NCBI GenBank assembly: GCA_031362155.1
Contig: JANLRZ010000109.1
Location: 3,641-67,640, forward strand
Origin: Acidimicrobiia bacterium
GTDB lineage: Bacteria > Actinomycetota > Acidimicrobiia > IMCC26256 > JAENVU01
Reading direction: 5' to 3'
Length of the DNA stretch: 64,000 nt
The notes below the pieces were generated by a model. It was not told the DNA's origin, made no database searches, and was given only the letters and a program-made list of their open reading frames with translations. Of this stretch, positions 53,586 through 63,636 are shown piece by piece. Both the position numbers and the translations under genes were made by a program. Every line of letters starts with the position of its first letter. Position 1 is the first letter of the stretch.

Positions 53586-53699
53586 TCCGACCGTTTGGGG
53601 CCTTGGACCGGTTCGCCCTGCCACCGGGGTCGCGAGCGTTCGTCCGAGTCCCGAATCGACTCCAGTTCGCAGGCCGATCTCACCTAGCCTGGGACCTTC

Positions 53700-55028
53700 A
53701 TGGCCAAAGCTGACTTGATGGATCGCGTCGTCAACCTCTCCAAACGGAGAGGGTTGGTCTTCCCGTCGAGCGAGATCTATGGCGGTTTCCGGTCGACCTG
53801 GGACTACGGCCCGCTCGGTGTGCTGCTCAAGCGCAACGTCAAGGACGCCTGGTGGCGTTCGATGGTGCAGGAACGCGACGACGTCGTGGGCCTGGACGCC
53901 TCGATCCTGATGGCGCCCCGCGTGTGGGAGGCCAGTGGCCACATTGCGACCTTCACCGACCCGCTGGTCGACTGCCGGTCGTGCAAGGAGCGATTCCGGG
54001 CCGATCAGCTCCCGGAGTCGGGAGCGTGTCCGAACTGCGGGAACAAGGACACCTTCACCGAGGCTCGCAACTTCAATCTGATGTTCAAGACCCACGTCGG
54101 TCCGGTGGAGGACGAAGGCTCGGTCGCCTACCTGCGGCCCGAGACCGCGCAGGGGATCCTCGTCAACTTTGCCAACGTGCAGACCACCAGCCGCAAGAAG
54201 CCGCCGTTCGGCATCGCCCAGATCGGCAAGTCGTTCCGGAACGAGATCACGCCCGGCAACTTCATCTTCCGGACCCGCGAGTTCGAGCAGATGGAGATGG
54301 AGTTCTTCGTCCCACCCGCCGACGCACCCCAGTGGTACGAGTACTGGTGCCAGGCGCGGTTCCAGTGGTACATCGACCTCGGCATCCCCGAGGAGATGTT
54401 GCGACTGCGGCCCCACGATCCGGATGAGTTGTCGCACTACAGCGTGGCTACGTCCGACGTGGAGTTCCTCTACCCGTGGGGATGGGGCGAGCTCGAAGGC
54501 ATCGCGAACCGCACCGACTTCGACCTCAAGCAACACTCCGAATATTCGGGTCAGGACCTGTCGTACTTCGACCAGGAATCGAACGAGCGGTACGTGCCGT
54601 ACGTGATCGAACCGGCGGCCGGCGCGGACCGCACCACGTTGGCGTTCCTGCTCGCGGCCTATCACGAAGAGGAAGCGCCGACAGCCGACGGGAAGGTCGA
54701 GACCCGTACGGTGCTGCGGCTCGACCCGCGGCTGGCGCCGAACAAAGTGGCGGTGCTGCCGTTGTCCAAGAAAGCGGATCTCGCACCGATCAGCGAGCAG
54801 GTCGCGTCGGAACTTCGTCGGCATTGCATGATCGATGTTGATGTGGCCGGGTCGATCGGCCGTCGGTACCGTCGCCAAGACGAGGTCGGGACCCCGTTGT
54901 GCGTGACGATCGACTTCGACACGTTGGAGGATCACGCGGTCACCGTTCGCGACCGCGACACCATGAGCCAAGAGCGGGTCTCGCTCGACCGTTTGGTCGA
55001 AGCGATCCGCGACCGCGGCGTGCTGTAG
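53700..55028 (+). CDS. glyQS: Glycyl-tRNA synthetase (alpha2 dimeric type)
   Basis: Contains [26 protein letters not shown] and the anticodon-binding C-terminus. Confidence 0.95.
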   Translation: MAKADLMDRVVNLSKRRGLVFPSSEIYGGFRSTWDYGPLGVLLKRNVKDAWWRSMVQERDDVVGLDASILMAPRVWEASGHIATFTDPLVDCRSCKERFRADQLPESGACPNCGNKDTFTEARNFNLMFKTHVGPVEDEGSVAYLRPETAQGILVNFANVQTTSRKKPPFGIAQIGKSFRNEITPGNFIFRTREFEQMEMEFFVPPADAPQWYEYWCQARFQWYIDLGIPEEMLRLRPHDPDELSHYSVATSDVEFLYPWGWGELEGIANRTDFDLKQHSEYSGQDLSYFDQESNERYVPYVIEPAAGADRTTLAFLLAAYHEEEAPTADGKVETRTVLRLDPRLAPNKVAVLPLSKKADLAPISEQVASELRRHCMIDVDVAGSIGRRYRRQDEVGTPLCVTIDFDTLEDHAVTVRDRDTMSQERVSLDRLVEAIRDRGVL

Positions 55029-55053
55029 GCCGCAGGGCCAGAGGGGATATGAC

Positions 55054-56115
55054 GTGAGTGACTATTACGACCTGCTGGGCATCAACACCGGTGCCGACAA
55101 GGACGCCATCCGCACGGCCTACCGGGACCGCCTGGAGGGTGCTTCGCAGTCCGAGCGCGCCAAGTTGAACAAGGCGTGGAACGTGCTGTCGGACCCGGTG
55201 CAGCGCGGCCGCTACGACGAGTACCTGGCGAGCGATAGCGAGTTCGGCGACGCCGACGACGAGATCGATCTCAACGCGGACGACGCACCGGTCGCGGCCC
55301 GCGCCGCTCGGGCCGCCCGTCCGGCTCGGGGTGATCGATCCGAGAAGGCCGCGACTCCGCGACCCGCGGGTCGGCCGCCCTTGGAGCCGACGATCGAGTT
55401 GCCACGCGGGCTCGAGTTTGCGTCGAAGAAGTCGCGGAGTCTGGCTTTTGCCATGGACTTCGGCATGGTGCTGATGATCATGCTGGTGTCGTTGCAGATC
55501 TTCCCGCAGATGTTCGACTCGAAGTACCCGGACAACGTGAAGGTCGCCGACCGCGCGGTGAAACAACTCGACAAGTCGACCGAACGACGCGACGACGCCA
55601 AAGACGCGGCCGACATCGCCCGCGATCGCCAGAAGGCGGCCAACAAGAAGAACGACGACGCGGAGGCTCGCGCCCAGCAAGAGATCGCGGCCAAGAACGA
55701 CGCGAAGGAGAAGGCCGCCGAGGTTGACCGCAAGGCCGATGACGCCGCGGTCACGGCCGCGTTCAAGAAGCTGAGCGGGCCGCGTATTGCGTCGTCGCTG
55801 GTCGCGCTCGCCATTGCGCTCCTGCTCCTGGTCCCGATGTCGGCCCGCAACGGTCAGACGATCGGAAAGCGAACCCAGCGCATCCGACTCGTACGTATCG
55901 ACGGCAGTCCGGCCGGCTGGGTGCCGTCGCTCATCCACTACGGCATGCCGCTGGCCTTGGCGATGGTCGTCGCGAACTACGTCGGCCCGCTCGGCACGTT
56001 CGTCATGCTGTTCGCGGTCGGCGGTGTCCTCTGGAACTTGCGAGACCGCAACCGCCAGAGCGTCTTCGACAAGCTGGCCAAGACGATCGTGGTCGCCGAC
56101 TCCGACACCGTCTGA
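55054..56115 (+). CDS. J-like domain (no HPD) fused to a split RDD-family membrane domain
   Basis: The N-terminus is DYYDLLGINTGADKDAIRTAYRDRLEG...WNVLSDPVQRGRYDEY. The TM segments are FAMDFGMVLMIMLVSL and LVALAIALLLLVP..RNGQTIGKR, separated by a Lys/Asp/Ala-rich insert of about 90 aa. Confidence 0.65.
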   Translation: MSDYYDLLGINTGADKDAIRTAYRDRLEGASQSERAKLNKAWNVLSDPVQRGRYDEYLASDSEFGDADDEIDLNADDAPVAARAARAARPARGDRSEKAATPRPAGRPPLEPTIELPRGLEFASKKSRSLAFAMDFGMVLMIMLVSLQIFPQMFDSKYPDNVKVADRAVKQLDKSTERRDDAKDAADIARDRQKAANKKNDDAEARAQQEIAAKNDAKEKAAEVDRKADDAAVTAAFKKLSGPRIASSLVALAIALLLLVPMSARNGQTIGKRTQRIRLVRIDGSPAGWVPSLIHYGMPLALAMVVANYVGPLGTFVMLFAVGGVLWNLRDRNRQSVFDKLAKTIVVADSDTV

Positions 56116-56213
56116 CCCGAGCGGCCGCCCCCGCGGCTCGGCACAAACCGGGCCGCGTCCGGGCCGCTTCTGTACGATTCCCCGACTCATCGAAACCAAG
56201 GATCGGAACTCCC

Positions 56214-58892
56214 ATGAAGTACGTCTACGCCTTCCGCGAGGGCTCCAAAGAGCAGAAGTTCCTGCTGGGGGGCAAGGGGGCGAACCTGGCCGAGATGACC
56301 AATCTGGGGCTGCCGGTCCCGCCGGGATTCACGATCTCGACCGACGCCTGCAAGGCCTACATGGCCGGCGGCGACACCTTGCCCGACGGGCTGATGGCCG
56401 AGGTCGAAGCGGCTCGGGCGGCCCTCGAAGCCGACATGGGCAAGAAGTTGGGCGACGACACCGATCCACTGCTGGTGTCGGTGCGGTCCGGCGCCGCGTT
56501 CTCGATGCCGGGGATGATGGACACGGTCCTCAACCTCGGCCTCAACGACGATTCCGTGGCGGGTCTCGCCAAGCAGACCAACAACGAGCGATTCGCGTTC
56601 GACTCGTACCGACGGTTCGTGCAGATGTTCGGCAAGATCGTGCTCGACGTGTCCGGCGAGGATTTCGAGGAGGCACTGCACGACCTCATGACCGAACGAG
56701 GCGTGAGTGTCGACACCGCCTTGAGTGCCGACGACCTGCGCGGGCTGGTGGCCACCTTCAAGGGGATCGTGCAGGAAGTCGCCGGCGTCCCGTTCCCCGA
56801 CGACCCGACGGAGCAGTTGAAGTATGCGGTCGAGGCCGTGTTCAAGTCCTGGAACGGCCGTCGCGCCAAGGACTACCGCCGGATGGAGCGCATCGCCGAC
56901 GACCTCGGGACCGCGGTCAACGTGCAGACGATGGTCTTCGGCAACAAGGGCGACGACAGCGGCACGGGCGTGGCGTTCACCCGGAACCCGTCGACCGGTG
57001 AGAACCTCGGGTACGGCGACTACCTCGCGAACGCGCAGGGCGAAGACGTCGTGGCCGGCATCCGGATCACCGAGCCCCTCGACGCGATGGCCAACGTGTT
57101 CCCGGACTGTCACCGCGAGCTGCTCGAGATCATGGACCGGCTCGAAGGTCACTATCACGACATGTGTGACATCGAGTTCACCATCGAGCAGGGTCGCCTG
57201 TTCATCCTCCAGACCCGCGTGGGCAAGCGCACCGCGGCCGCGGCGTTGCAGATGGCCGTCGACATGGAGTCCGAGGGACTCATCGATAAAAGAGAGGCGG
57301 TGCTGCGGGTCCAGCCCGAGCAGCTCGACCAGTTGCTCCATCCGCAGTTCGACCCGAAGGCCACCTACGACGTGTTGGCCAAGGGCCTGAACGCGTCGCC
57401 GGGTGCTGCGGTCGGCAAGGTCTACTTCACCGCCGATGATGCCGAAGCCGCTGAAGCCGCGGGCGAGCGCGTGATCCTGGTGCGGCCCGAGACTTCGCCC
57501 GAAGACCTCCACGGGATGATCGCCGCGGAAGGCATCCTCACCTCGCGGGGCGGGCTCGTGTCCCACGCGGCGGTCGTCGCCCGCGGTATGGGCACGCCCG
57601 CCATCTGTGGTGCGGACGCGCTCGACATCGACCTGAGCCGCCGCTGCTTCTCGGTGACGGCCGACCGGGAGATCGACGGCACGATCACCTCGGTGACCAC
57701 GACCATCGCGGAAGGTGAGGTCATCTCGATCAACGGCAGCACCGGCGAGGTCGTCGTGGGTGAAGTCGCGGTCGTGACTCCGGAGCCGACCGGACCCTTC
57801 GGGATCGTGCTCGGTTGGGCCGATGAGTTCCGCACGATGAAGGTCCGCACTAATGCCGACCTGCCCGAAGACGCGGCCAAGGCCGTCGAGTTCGGCGCCG
57901 AAGGCATCGGCCTGTGCCGGACGGAGCACATGTTCCTCGGCGATCGCCTGCCGATCGTGCAGGCGATGATCCTGGCCGAGGACGACGAGAGTGAAGCGGT
58001 CGCGCTGGCCGCCCTGTTGGAGCAGCAGCGCACCGACTTCATCGGGATCCTCGAGGCGATGGACGGCAAGCCGGTGACCGTGCGGTTGCTCGACCCGCCG
58101 TTGCACGAATTCCTTCCTCGCCACGCGGAGGTCCTCGGTCGCCAGGTCGACGCCTACATCAACGGCGTGAACGACCCCGAAGCCGATCGCCTCATGCACG
58201 CGCTGAAGCGGTGGGAAGAACAGAACCCGATGCTGGGAACGCGCGGGTGTCGGCTCGGCATCCTGAAGCCGGGTCTCTATCGCATGCAGGTGCGGGCCTT
58301 GATCGAAGCGGCCGTCACCCGCAAACAGGCCGGCGGGGATCCGCAAGTCGAGATCATGATTCCGCTGACGGTCGCGAAGTCGGAGATGGCACTGCTCGAC
58401 GGTTGGGTGCGCGAGGAAGCCGAGAAGGTGTTCGAGGCCTCCGGTGTGCGGGTCGACTACCTGGTCGGCACGATGATCGAGACGCCCCGCGCCGCGATCG
58501 TTGCCGACGAGATCGCCGAGATCGCCGAGTTCTTCTCGTTCGGTACGAACGACCTCACCCAGATGGCGTTCGGGTTCTCCCGCGACGATGTCGAAGGTCG
58601 AATGATGCCGGCGTACCTGGAGCAGGGTCTGCTCAAGGTCAGCCCGTTCGAGCAGCTCGACCGCAATGGTGTGGGCAAACTCGTGGAGTGGGCCAAGGCC
58701 CGCGGCCGCGAGGTTCGACCCGACCTGAAGCTCGGCATCTGTGGGGAGCACGGCGGCGACCCGACGTCGGTGCACTTCTGTCACGAGGTCGGTCTCGATT
58801 ACGTGTCGTGCTCGCCCTACCGGGTGCCCCTCGCCCGGCTCGCCGCCGCCCACGCCGCCCTCGAGTCCACCGGCCCCGGCGCCACCGCCTGA
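56214..58892 (+). CDS. ppdK: Pyruvate, phosphate dikinase
   Basis: 892 aa. It contains LLGGKGANLAEM, the phosphohistidine region GGLVSHAAVVARGMG and the PEP-utilising C-terminus. Confidence 0.96.
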   Translation: MKYVYAFREGSKEQKFLLGGKGANLAEMTNLGLPVPPGFTISTDACKAYMAGGDTLPDGLMAEVEAARAALEADMGKKLGDDTDPLLVSVRSGAAFSMPGMMDTVLNLGLNDDSVAGLAKQTNNERFAFDSYRRFVQMFGKIVLDVSGEDFEEALHDLMTERGVSVDTALSADDLRGLVATFKGIVQEVAGVPFPDDPTEQLKYAVEAVFKSWNGRRAKDYRRMERIADDLGTAVNVQTMVFGNKGDDSGTGVAFTRNPSTGENLGYGDYLANAQGEDVVAGIRITEPLDAMANVFPDCHRELLEIMDRLEGHYHDMCDIEFTIEQGRLFILQTRVGKRTAAAALQMAVDMESEGLIDKREAVLRVQPEQLDQLLHPQFDPKATYDVLAKGLNASPGAAVGKVYFTADDAEAAEAAGERVILVRPETSPEDLHGMIAAEGILTSRGGLVSHAAVVARGMGTPAICGADALDIDLSRRCFSVTADREIDGTITSVTTTIAEGEVISINGSTGEVVVGEVAVVTPEPTGPFGIVLGWADEFRTMKVRTNADLPEDAAKAVEFGAEGIGLCRTEHMFLGDRLPIVQAMILAEDDESEAVALAALLEQQRTDFIGILEAMDGKPVTVRLLDPPLHEFLPRHAEVLGRQVDAYINGVNDPEADRLMHALKRWEEQNPMLGTRGCRLGILKPGLYRMQVRALIEAAVTRKQAGGDPQVEIMIPLTVAKSEMALLDGWVREEAEKVFEASGVRVDYLVGTMIETPRAAIVADEIAEIAEFFSFGTNDLTQMAFGFSRDDVEGRMMPAYLEQGLLKVSPFEQLDRNGVGKLVEWAKARGREVRPDLKLGICGEHGGDPTSVHFCHEVGLDYVSCSPYRVPLARLAAAHAALESTGPGATA

Positions 58893-58902
58893 TCCCCCAT
58901 TC

Positions 58903-58960
58903 CCGCGACTTTTTGTCTCCGCGTGGGTGTGAACACCCCCCTACAGACCAAAAGTCGCGG
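58903..58960 (+). other. Long imperfect hairpin immediately downstream of ppdK (16-bp stem with one mismatch, and a 26-nt loop containing a nested 5-bp hairpin)
   Basis: CCGCGACTTTTTGTCT (58903-58918) pairs with AGACCAAAAGTCGCGG (58945-58960). There is no U-tract, so it is not a canonical intrinsic terminator. Confidence 0.5.
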
Positions 58961-58993
58961 TGGGAGGGGTGTGGGGTGGTCGCAGGTGGTCGG

Positions 58994-58999
58994 TAGGGT
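58994..58999 (+). promoter_or_regulatory. -10-like TAGGGT hexamer 6 nt upstream of the dgt ATG (candidate leaderless promoter)
   Basis: TANNNT at 58994-58999, spacer cgggat, then ATG at 59006. Confidence 0.3.
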
Positions 59000-59005
59000 C
59001 GGGAT

Positions 59006-60148
59006 ATGAGCGAGCGGGCCGAACGCTGGGTATCAACCATGACCGGCCACGGTGATGGTCCGATCCGTCGTGCCCACGTCGACGTCGACACCAAGCTCGG
59101 CACCATCGAGGCGTACGGCCGGCTCGAACGCGAGGCGGTCGAGGACCAGGTCCTGGCTCCGGGCGCGACCCATGCCGCCGGAGCGGGGAATCGACAGATC
59201 GAGGAGTCACCGGACGAGTTCCGAACCTGCTTCGAACGGGATCGGGACCGGATCCTCCACGGCACGTCGGCGTTCCGGCGGTTGGCGGGGAAGACCCAGG
59301 TGTTCATTTTCCCCGAGGATCACCAGCGGACCCGCCTGACGCACGCACTCGAAGTGGCCCAGGTGGCAACCGGCATCGCCCGGGCCTGTCGGTTGAACGT
59401 CGCCCTGACCGAGGCGATTGCCCTCGGCCACGATTGCGGTCACGGGCCCTTCGGCCACGCAAGCGAAGATGCATTCACTCCGTACGTCCACGGCGGTTAC
59501 GACCACGCCGTGTGGGGTGCCGACGTCGTGCTTGCCCCCCTGAACCTCTGTGTGGAGACGTCGGACGGGATCAGGAACCATTCGTGGTCGCGCCCGGCGC
59601 CGAGCACGCCCGAGGGCGAGGTCGTCGCCTGGGCCGACCGGATCGCGTACGTCTGTCACGACTTCGAAGACGCGGTCCGAGCCGGGATCGTGACGCCGGA
59701 GATGTTGCCGGAAGCGGTGCGGGGTTCGTGCGGCGACCGCCGGAGTCGCCAACTCGACGCGCTGATCTCGGGGGTCATCGATACCACCCTCGATCACGGC
59801 GAGATCGGGTTGCGGGCGGGCTTGGCGGAGGCCCTGGCCGAGTTCCGGGCGTTCAACTACGAGCAGATCTACATGCGGCCCGCGTCGATTGCCCAGAGCG
59901 AAGTGGTCATTCGGGTGTTGCGCGCGCTCGTGGAGTTCTTCGCCGACCGTCCGAATACCCTGCCCGGCTTGGAAATCGAGGGCGCCGGACACCCGGCCGG
60001 CGGCGCGACGGCAGGTTCGGAACAGGCGCTGCGAGATGCCGTCCGGTACGTCGCCGGAATGACGGACCGGTTCGCGTTCGCTCAGGCCCGAGCCCACCTT
60101 GGTTGGGAACCGGCCGGGTTGCCCGCAGGTCTCGACACTGGGCGATGA
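59006..60148 (+). CDS. dgt: dGTPase-like HD-domain deoxynucleoside triphosphate triphosphohydrolase
   Basis: Contains RTRLTHALEVAQV...GHDCGHGPFGH. It occupies the dgt-dnaG position. Confidence 0.88.
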   Translation: MSERAERWVSTMTGHGDGPIRRAHVDVDTKLGTIEAYGRLEREAVEDQVLAPGATHAAGAGNRQIEESPDEFRTCFERDRDRILHGTSAFRRLAGKTQVFIFPEDHQRTRLTHALEVAQVATGIARACRLNVALTEAIALGHDCGHGPFGHASEDAFTPYVHGGYDHAVWGADVVLAPLNLCVETSDGIRNHSWSRPAPSTPEGEVVAWADRIAYVCHDFEDAVRAGIVTPEMLPEAVRGSCGDRRSRQLDALISGVIDTTLDHGEIGLRAGLAEALAEFRAFNYEQIYMRPASIAQSEVVIRVLRALVEFFADRPNTLPGLEIEGAGHPAGGATAGSEQALRDAVRYVAGMTDRFAFAQARAHLGWEPAGLPAGLDTGR

Positions 60149-60175
60149 CGACCCGCAACGTCGTACCCTGACCCC

Positions 60176-61945
60176 GTGGGCATCCTCGACGAAGACATCG
60201 CGCGGGTGCGAGAGACCACCGACATCGTTGCCCTCATCGGCGAGCACGTGGCACTCAAGCGCAGTGGTGGGCGGTTCACCGGCCTGTGCCCATTCCACGG
60301 GGAGAAGACCGCGAGCTTTTCGGTCAACGCCCAGCTCGGCTTCTACTACTGCTTCGGCTGCCAGGAGAGTGGCGACGCGATCACCTTCATCCGCAAGATG
60401 GAAGGTCTCGACTTCGCCGAAGCCGTTGAACGGCTCGCGCTCAAAGCCGGTATCAGCCTCCGGTACGACTCGGCGGGTGCAACCCAGGACCGTCAGAAGA
60501 AGCAACGTCTCACCGACACCGTCCGGGCCGCGGTCGAGTACTACCACCGACTCCTGCTCGAGGACCCGTCCGGGGGGCACGCGCGCGGCTACCTCCGCAG
60601 CCGCGGGTTCGACGGCGACGCGGCGCGGCAGTTCAGCCTCGGGTGGTCGCCCGACGGGTACGACACGTTGGTCCGCCACCTCTACACGTTGAAGTTCAGC
60701 CGCGACGACATCGTGGCCGCCGGGCTCGCGTTCGTGAACCGGGCGCAGAAAGCCCAGGACTTCTTCCGGGCGCGACTGCTCTTCCCCATTTTCGACCGCG
60801 CCGGCGACCCGGTCGGCTTCGGTGGTCGCATCCTGGATGGCGAGGGTCCGAAGTACAAGAACACGATGGACACGCCGCTGTATCACAAGAGTCGATTGCT
60901 CTACGGGCTCAACTGGGCCAAGGCCGAGATCGGTGCCCGCGACGAAGTGGTCATCTGCGAGGGCTACACCGACGTCATGGGCTTTGCGCTCGCCGGCATC
61001 CCGAATGCCGTCGCGACGTGTGGCACCGCGCTGGCCGACGATCACGTGCAGATCCTCAAGAGCTTCACTCGCCACGTGGTGTTGGCCTACGACGCCGACG
61101 CCGCCGGCCAGAACGCCGCCGAGAAGTGGTACCAGTGGGAACAACGCTTCGACATCGAGGTCAAGGTCGCCGCGTTGCCCAACGGGCAGGACCCGGGCGA
61201 TGTCTTCAAGGACGACCCGGCCTCGCTCGTCAAGGCGGTGGAGGGGGCGTCACGATTCACACAGTTCAAGATCGATCGGGTGCTCGCGGCCGCAGACCTC
61301 GCGTCGCCCGAAGGGAAGGCCCGGACGGCAGACCAAGTCGTGCCGGTGCTGCGCGAGATCCCGAACGAGTTAGTGCGTGAGCAGTACATCCAGATGGTCT
61401 CGGGCACTCTGGGCATCGATCACGCGTGGTTCAAACAGGCCATCGCGCGCCGGAGCGCACCGCGGCCCCGCGGCGAAGAGTTGGGGGAGCGGCGACCCGG
61501 ACCGGTCATCGTCGACCGGCGGGAAGAGGATGCGCTGCGCTGGGCGATCCATCAACCCGAACTGGTCGTCGACTGGCTGGAGGCGTCACTCTTCGTCGAT
61601 CCGATCGCGCGCGAGGCGTTCGAACATCTCTGGTCGGCCGACGAACTGCACGAAGCCATCGAGGGTGCGGAGGGGTCGGCCCGGTCGTTGCTCGAACGGT
61701 TGGCGGTCGAAGAACCCATCGTCGACGATGAGCCGGAAACGGTTCGGGCTCGACTGGTCGTGAACATCGTAGGACCGGCAGCTGAACGTTTGCGTCGGCA
61801 GTTTCTCCAGGACGGTGACGAACGGGCCATGGAGTTGGCGATGTTGCTGGATCAACTCCGCAACAGTGCGGGTGCGGGTTGGGCGGGCGGCGAAGCGGCG
61901 GCCATGCAGTTGGTACGCTGCATCTCTTCGTGGACAACGAGCTGA
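60176..61945 (+). CDS. dnaG: DNA primase
   Basis: Has the zinc finger [14 protein letters not shown]...[11 protein letters not shown] and the TOPRIM motifs [10 protein letters not shown] and [10 protein letters not shown]. Confidence 0.95.
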   Translation: MGILDEDIARVRETTDIVALIGEHVALKRSGGRFTGLCPFHGEKTASFSVNAQLGFYYCFGCQESGDAITFIRKMEGLDFAEAVERLALKAGISLRYDSAGATQDRQKKQRLTDTVRAAVEYYHRLLLEDPSGGHARGYLRSRGFDGDAARQFSLGWSPDGYDTLVRHLYTLKFSRDDIVAAGLAFVNRAQKAQDFFRARLLFPIFDRAGDPVGFGGRILDGEGPKYKNTMDTPLYHKSRLLYGLNWAKAEIGARDEVVICEGYTDVMGFALAGIPNAVATCGTALADDHVQILKSFTRHVVLAYDADAAGQNAAEKWYQWEQRFDIEVKVAALPNGQDPGDVFKDDPASLVKAVEGASRFTQFKIDRVLAAADLASPEGKARTADQVVPVLREIPNELVREQYIQMVSGTLGIDHAWFKQAIARRSAPRPRGEELGERRPGPVIVDRREEDALRWAIHQPELVVDWLEASLFVDPIAREAFEHLWSADELHEAIEGAEGSARSLLERLAVEEPIVDDEPETVRARLVVNIVGPAAERLRRQFLQDGDERAMELAMLLDQLRNSAGAGWAGGEAAAMQLVRCISSWTTS

Positions 61946-61959
61946 ACGAACCCACACCC

Positions 61960-63297
61960 GTGGCGGACAGGTCGGTCGCACCGCCACCCCCACCGCAGTC
62001 ACCCGGCGACATCGACGATCTCGTCGCGCGGGTGCGCGAACGCGGATTCGTCACCACCGGCGAGATCTTCGCCGCGCTGCCGGACCTCGAACCCGATACG
62101 GCTGAACTCGCGGCGATCTACACGAGTCTCGAGACCAGTGGCGTACAGGTCGTCGACGAGATCATCGACGAACTCCAGCGCGAGGACGCCCGCCGGGCCG
62201 AGGGCCGGGCCGCGGACCCGCCGGGACACGTGATCGAGCCGATCACGCCACCGGTGGAACTGCCCATTGTCCCGGTCGTCGAAGTGACTGACCCGATCGA
62301 TGAGGTCATCGCGACGGCACCGGCTGAGCCCCGCCCGAAGCGCCCGGCCCGGGCCCGCCACTCGCGTCCGGCGGCGGAAGGTTCCAGCTTCGATCCGGTC
62401 CGCATGTACCTGAAGGAAATCGGGAAGGTTCCGCTCCTGACCGCCGCCCAAGAAGTGAGCATGGCGAAGCGGTACGAAGCCGGGCTCGATGCGGTCGTCC
62501 AGTTGGAAGCGGCCGTCGACGCGTCGCCCGAGCAGACGGCGAGCCTGCGGGCCGTCGTGCGTGACGGGGAACTGGCGAAAAGCCAACTGACGGAGGCGAA
62601 CCTCCGTCTCGTCGTCTCCATCGCCAAACGGTACGTCGGACGCGGCATGGCCTTACTCGACCTCGTCCAGGAGGGGAACCTCGGCCTGATCCGGGCGGTC
62701 GAGAAGTTTGACTACTCGAAGGGCTTCAAGTTCTCCACCTACGCCACGTGGTGGATTCGCCAGGCGATCACTCGGGCGATCGCCGATCAGGCGCGCACCA
62801 TCCGGATTCCGGTGCACATGGTCGAGACCATGAACAAGGTCACGCGCGTGCAGCGGCAGATGCTCCAGGAACTCGGTCGGGAGCCGACGATCGAGGAGAT
62901 CGCGGCGAAGGTCGAACTCACACCGGAGAAGGTGCGCGAGATCCAAGGCCTCGGGCTCGAACCGGTGTCGCTCGAAGCGCCGGTGGGATCGGAAGAAGAC
63001 TCGTCGCTGGGTGACTTCGTCGAAGACCCCAACGCAACCGCGCCGGCCGCCGCGGCCGCGCGCGCCCTACTGACCGAAGCAGTCGAGGAAGCACTCGAAG
63101 AGTTGAACGAGCGCGAGCGGGCAGTGGTGCGCATGCGCTTCGGGCTCGACGACGGTCAGGTGCGCACGCTCGAAGAAGTCGGTCGTGAGTTCAAGGTCAC
63201 ACGCGAACGGATTCGTCAGATCGAATCCAAGACGTTGGCGAAGCTCCGCCACCCGACGCGTTCGAACCGTTTGCGCGACTACCTCGAAGAGGCGTAA
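61960..63297 (+). CDS. rpoD: Principal-type (group 1/2) sigma-70 factor
   Basis: Contains [21 protein letters not shown], region 2 [27 protein letters not shown], and region 4 [30 protein letters not shown]. The start is uncertain (GTG 61960, GTG 61930 or TTG 61879). Confidence 0.93.
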   Translation: MADRSVAPPPPPQSPGDIDDLVARVRERGFVTTGEIFAALPDLEPDTAELAAIYTSLETSGVQVVDEIIDELQREDARRAEGRAADPPGHVIEPITPPVELPIVPVVEVTDPIDEVIATAPAEPRPKRPARARHSRPAAEGSSFDPVRMYLKEIGKVPLLTAAQEVSMAKRYEAGLDAVVQLEAAVDASPEQTASLRAVVRDGELAKSQLTEANLRLVVSIAKRYVGRGMALLDLVQEGNLGLIRAVEKFDYSKGFKFSTYATWWIRQAITRAIADQARTIRIPVHMVETMNKVTRVQRQMLQELGREPTIEEIAAKVELTPEKVREIQGLGLEPVSLEAPVGSEEDSSLGDFVEDPNATAPAAAAARALLTEAVEEALEELNERERAVVRMRFGLDDGQVRTLEEVGREFKVTRERIRQIESKTLAKLRHPTRSNRLRDYLEEA

Positions 63298-63310
63298 CGC
63301 GGGCGAAGGT

Positions 63311-63547
63311 TCAGCCGGTGGTGACGTCGACGACCGGCTCGACGAGCCGGAGGCTCGGATCGGTCGCGTCGTCCGGCCGCAACCGCTCGACGCCGAGTTC
63401 GACGGCCGCTTGCATGCGGTCGAACACGCGACTGTCGCGGAGACGCTCGAGGCGACGGTGCATCTGCTCGTACCGAGCTCGACCCGCGCGGGCGCCGAGG
63501 TAGTACCCGAGGCCGAAACCGAGGACGAGGCCGATGCGCAACTTCAT
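63311..63547 (-). CDS. Small membrane-anchored protein (78 aa; one N-terminal TM helix followed by an amphipathic helix)
   Basis: Starts MKLRIGLVLGFGLGYYLGARAGRARYEQM. Third-position G/C content is high. Confidence 0.5.
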   Translation of the reverse strand: MKLRIGLVLGFGLGYYLGARAGRARYEQMHRRLERLRDSRVFDRMQAAVELGVERLRPDDATDPSLRLVEPVVDVTTG

Positions 63548-63624
63548 CCCCCTTTCCTATCGCATCGACGCGGTCCGATGCCGACCGGGCGAACGCGCAG
63601 TAAGCGAAGCAAACATACGTTCGC

Positions 63625-63630
63625 TAGACT
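63625..63630 (+). promoter_or_regulatory. -10-like TAGACT hexamer 6 nt upstream of the ATG at 63637 (candidate leaderless promoter)
   Basis: TANNNT at 63625-63630, spacer tcggcc, then ATG at 63637. Confidence 0.3.
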
Positions 63631-63636
63631 TCGGCC

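Noticed and set aside
53586-53699. A T-box or other riboswitch upstream of glyQS.
   Set aside because: The 114-nt spacer has no T-box sequence, no specifier-loop architecture and no terminator/antiterminator pair.
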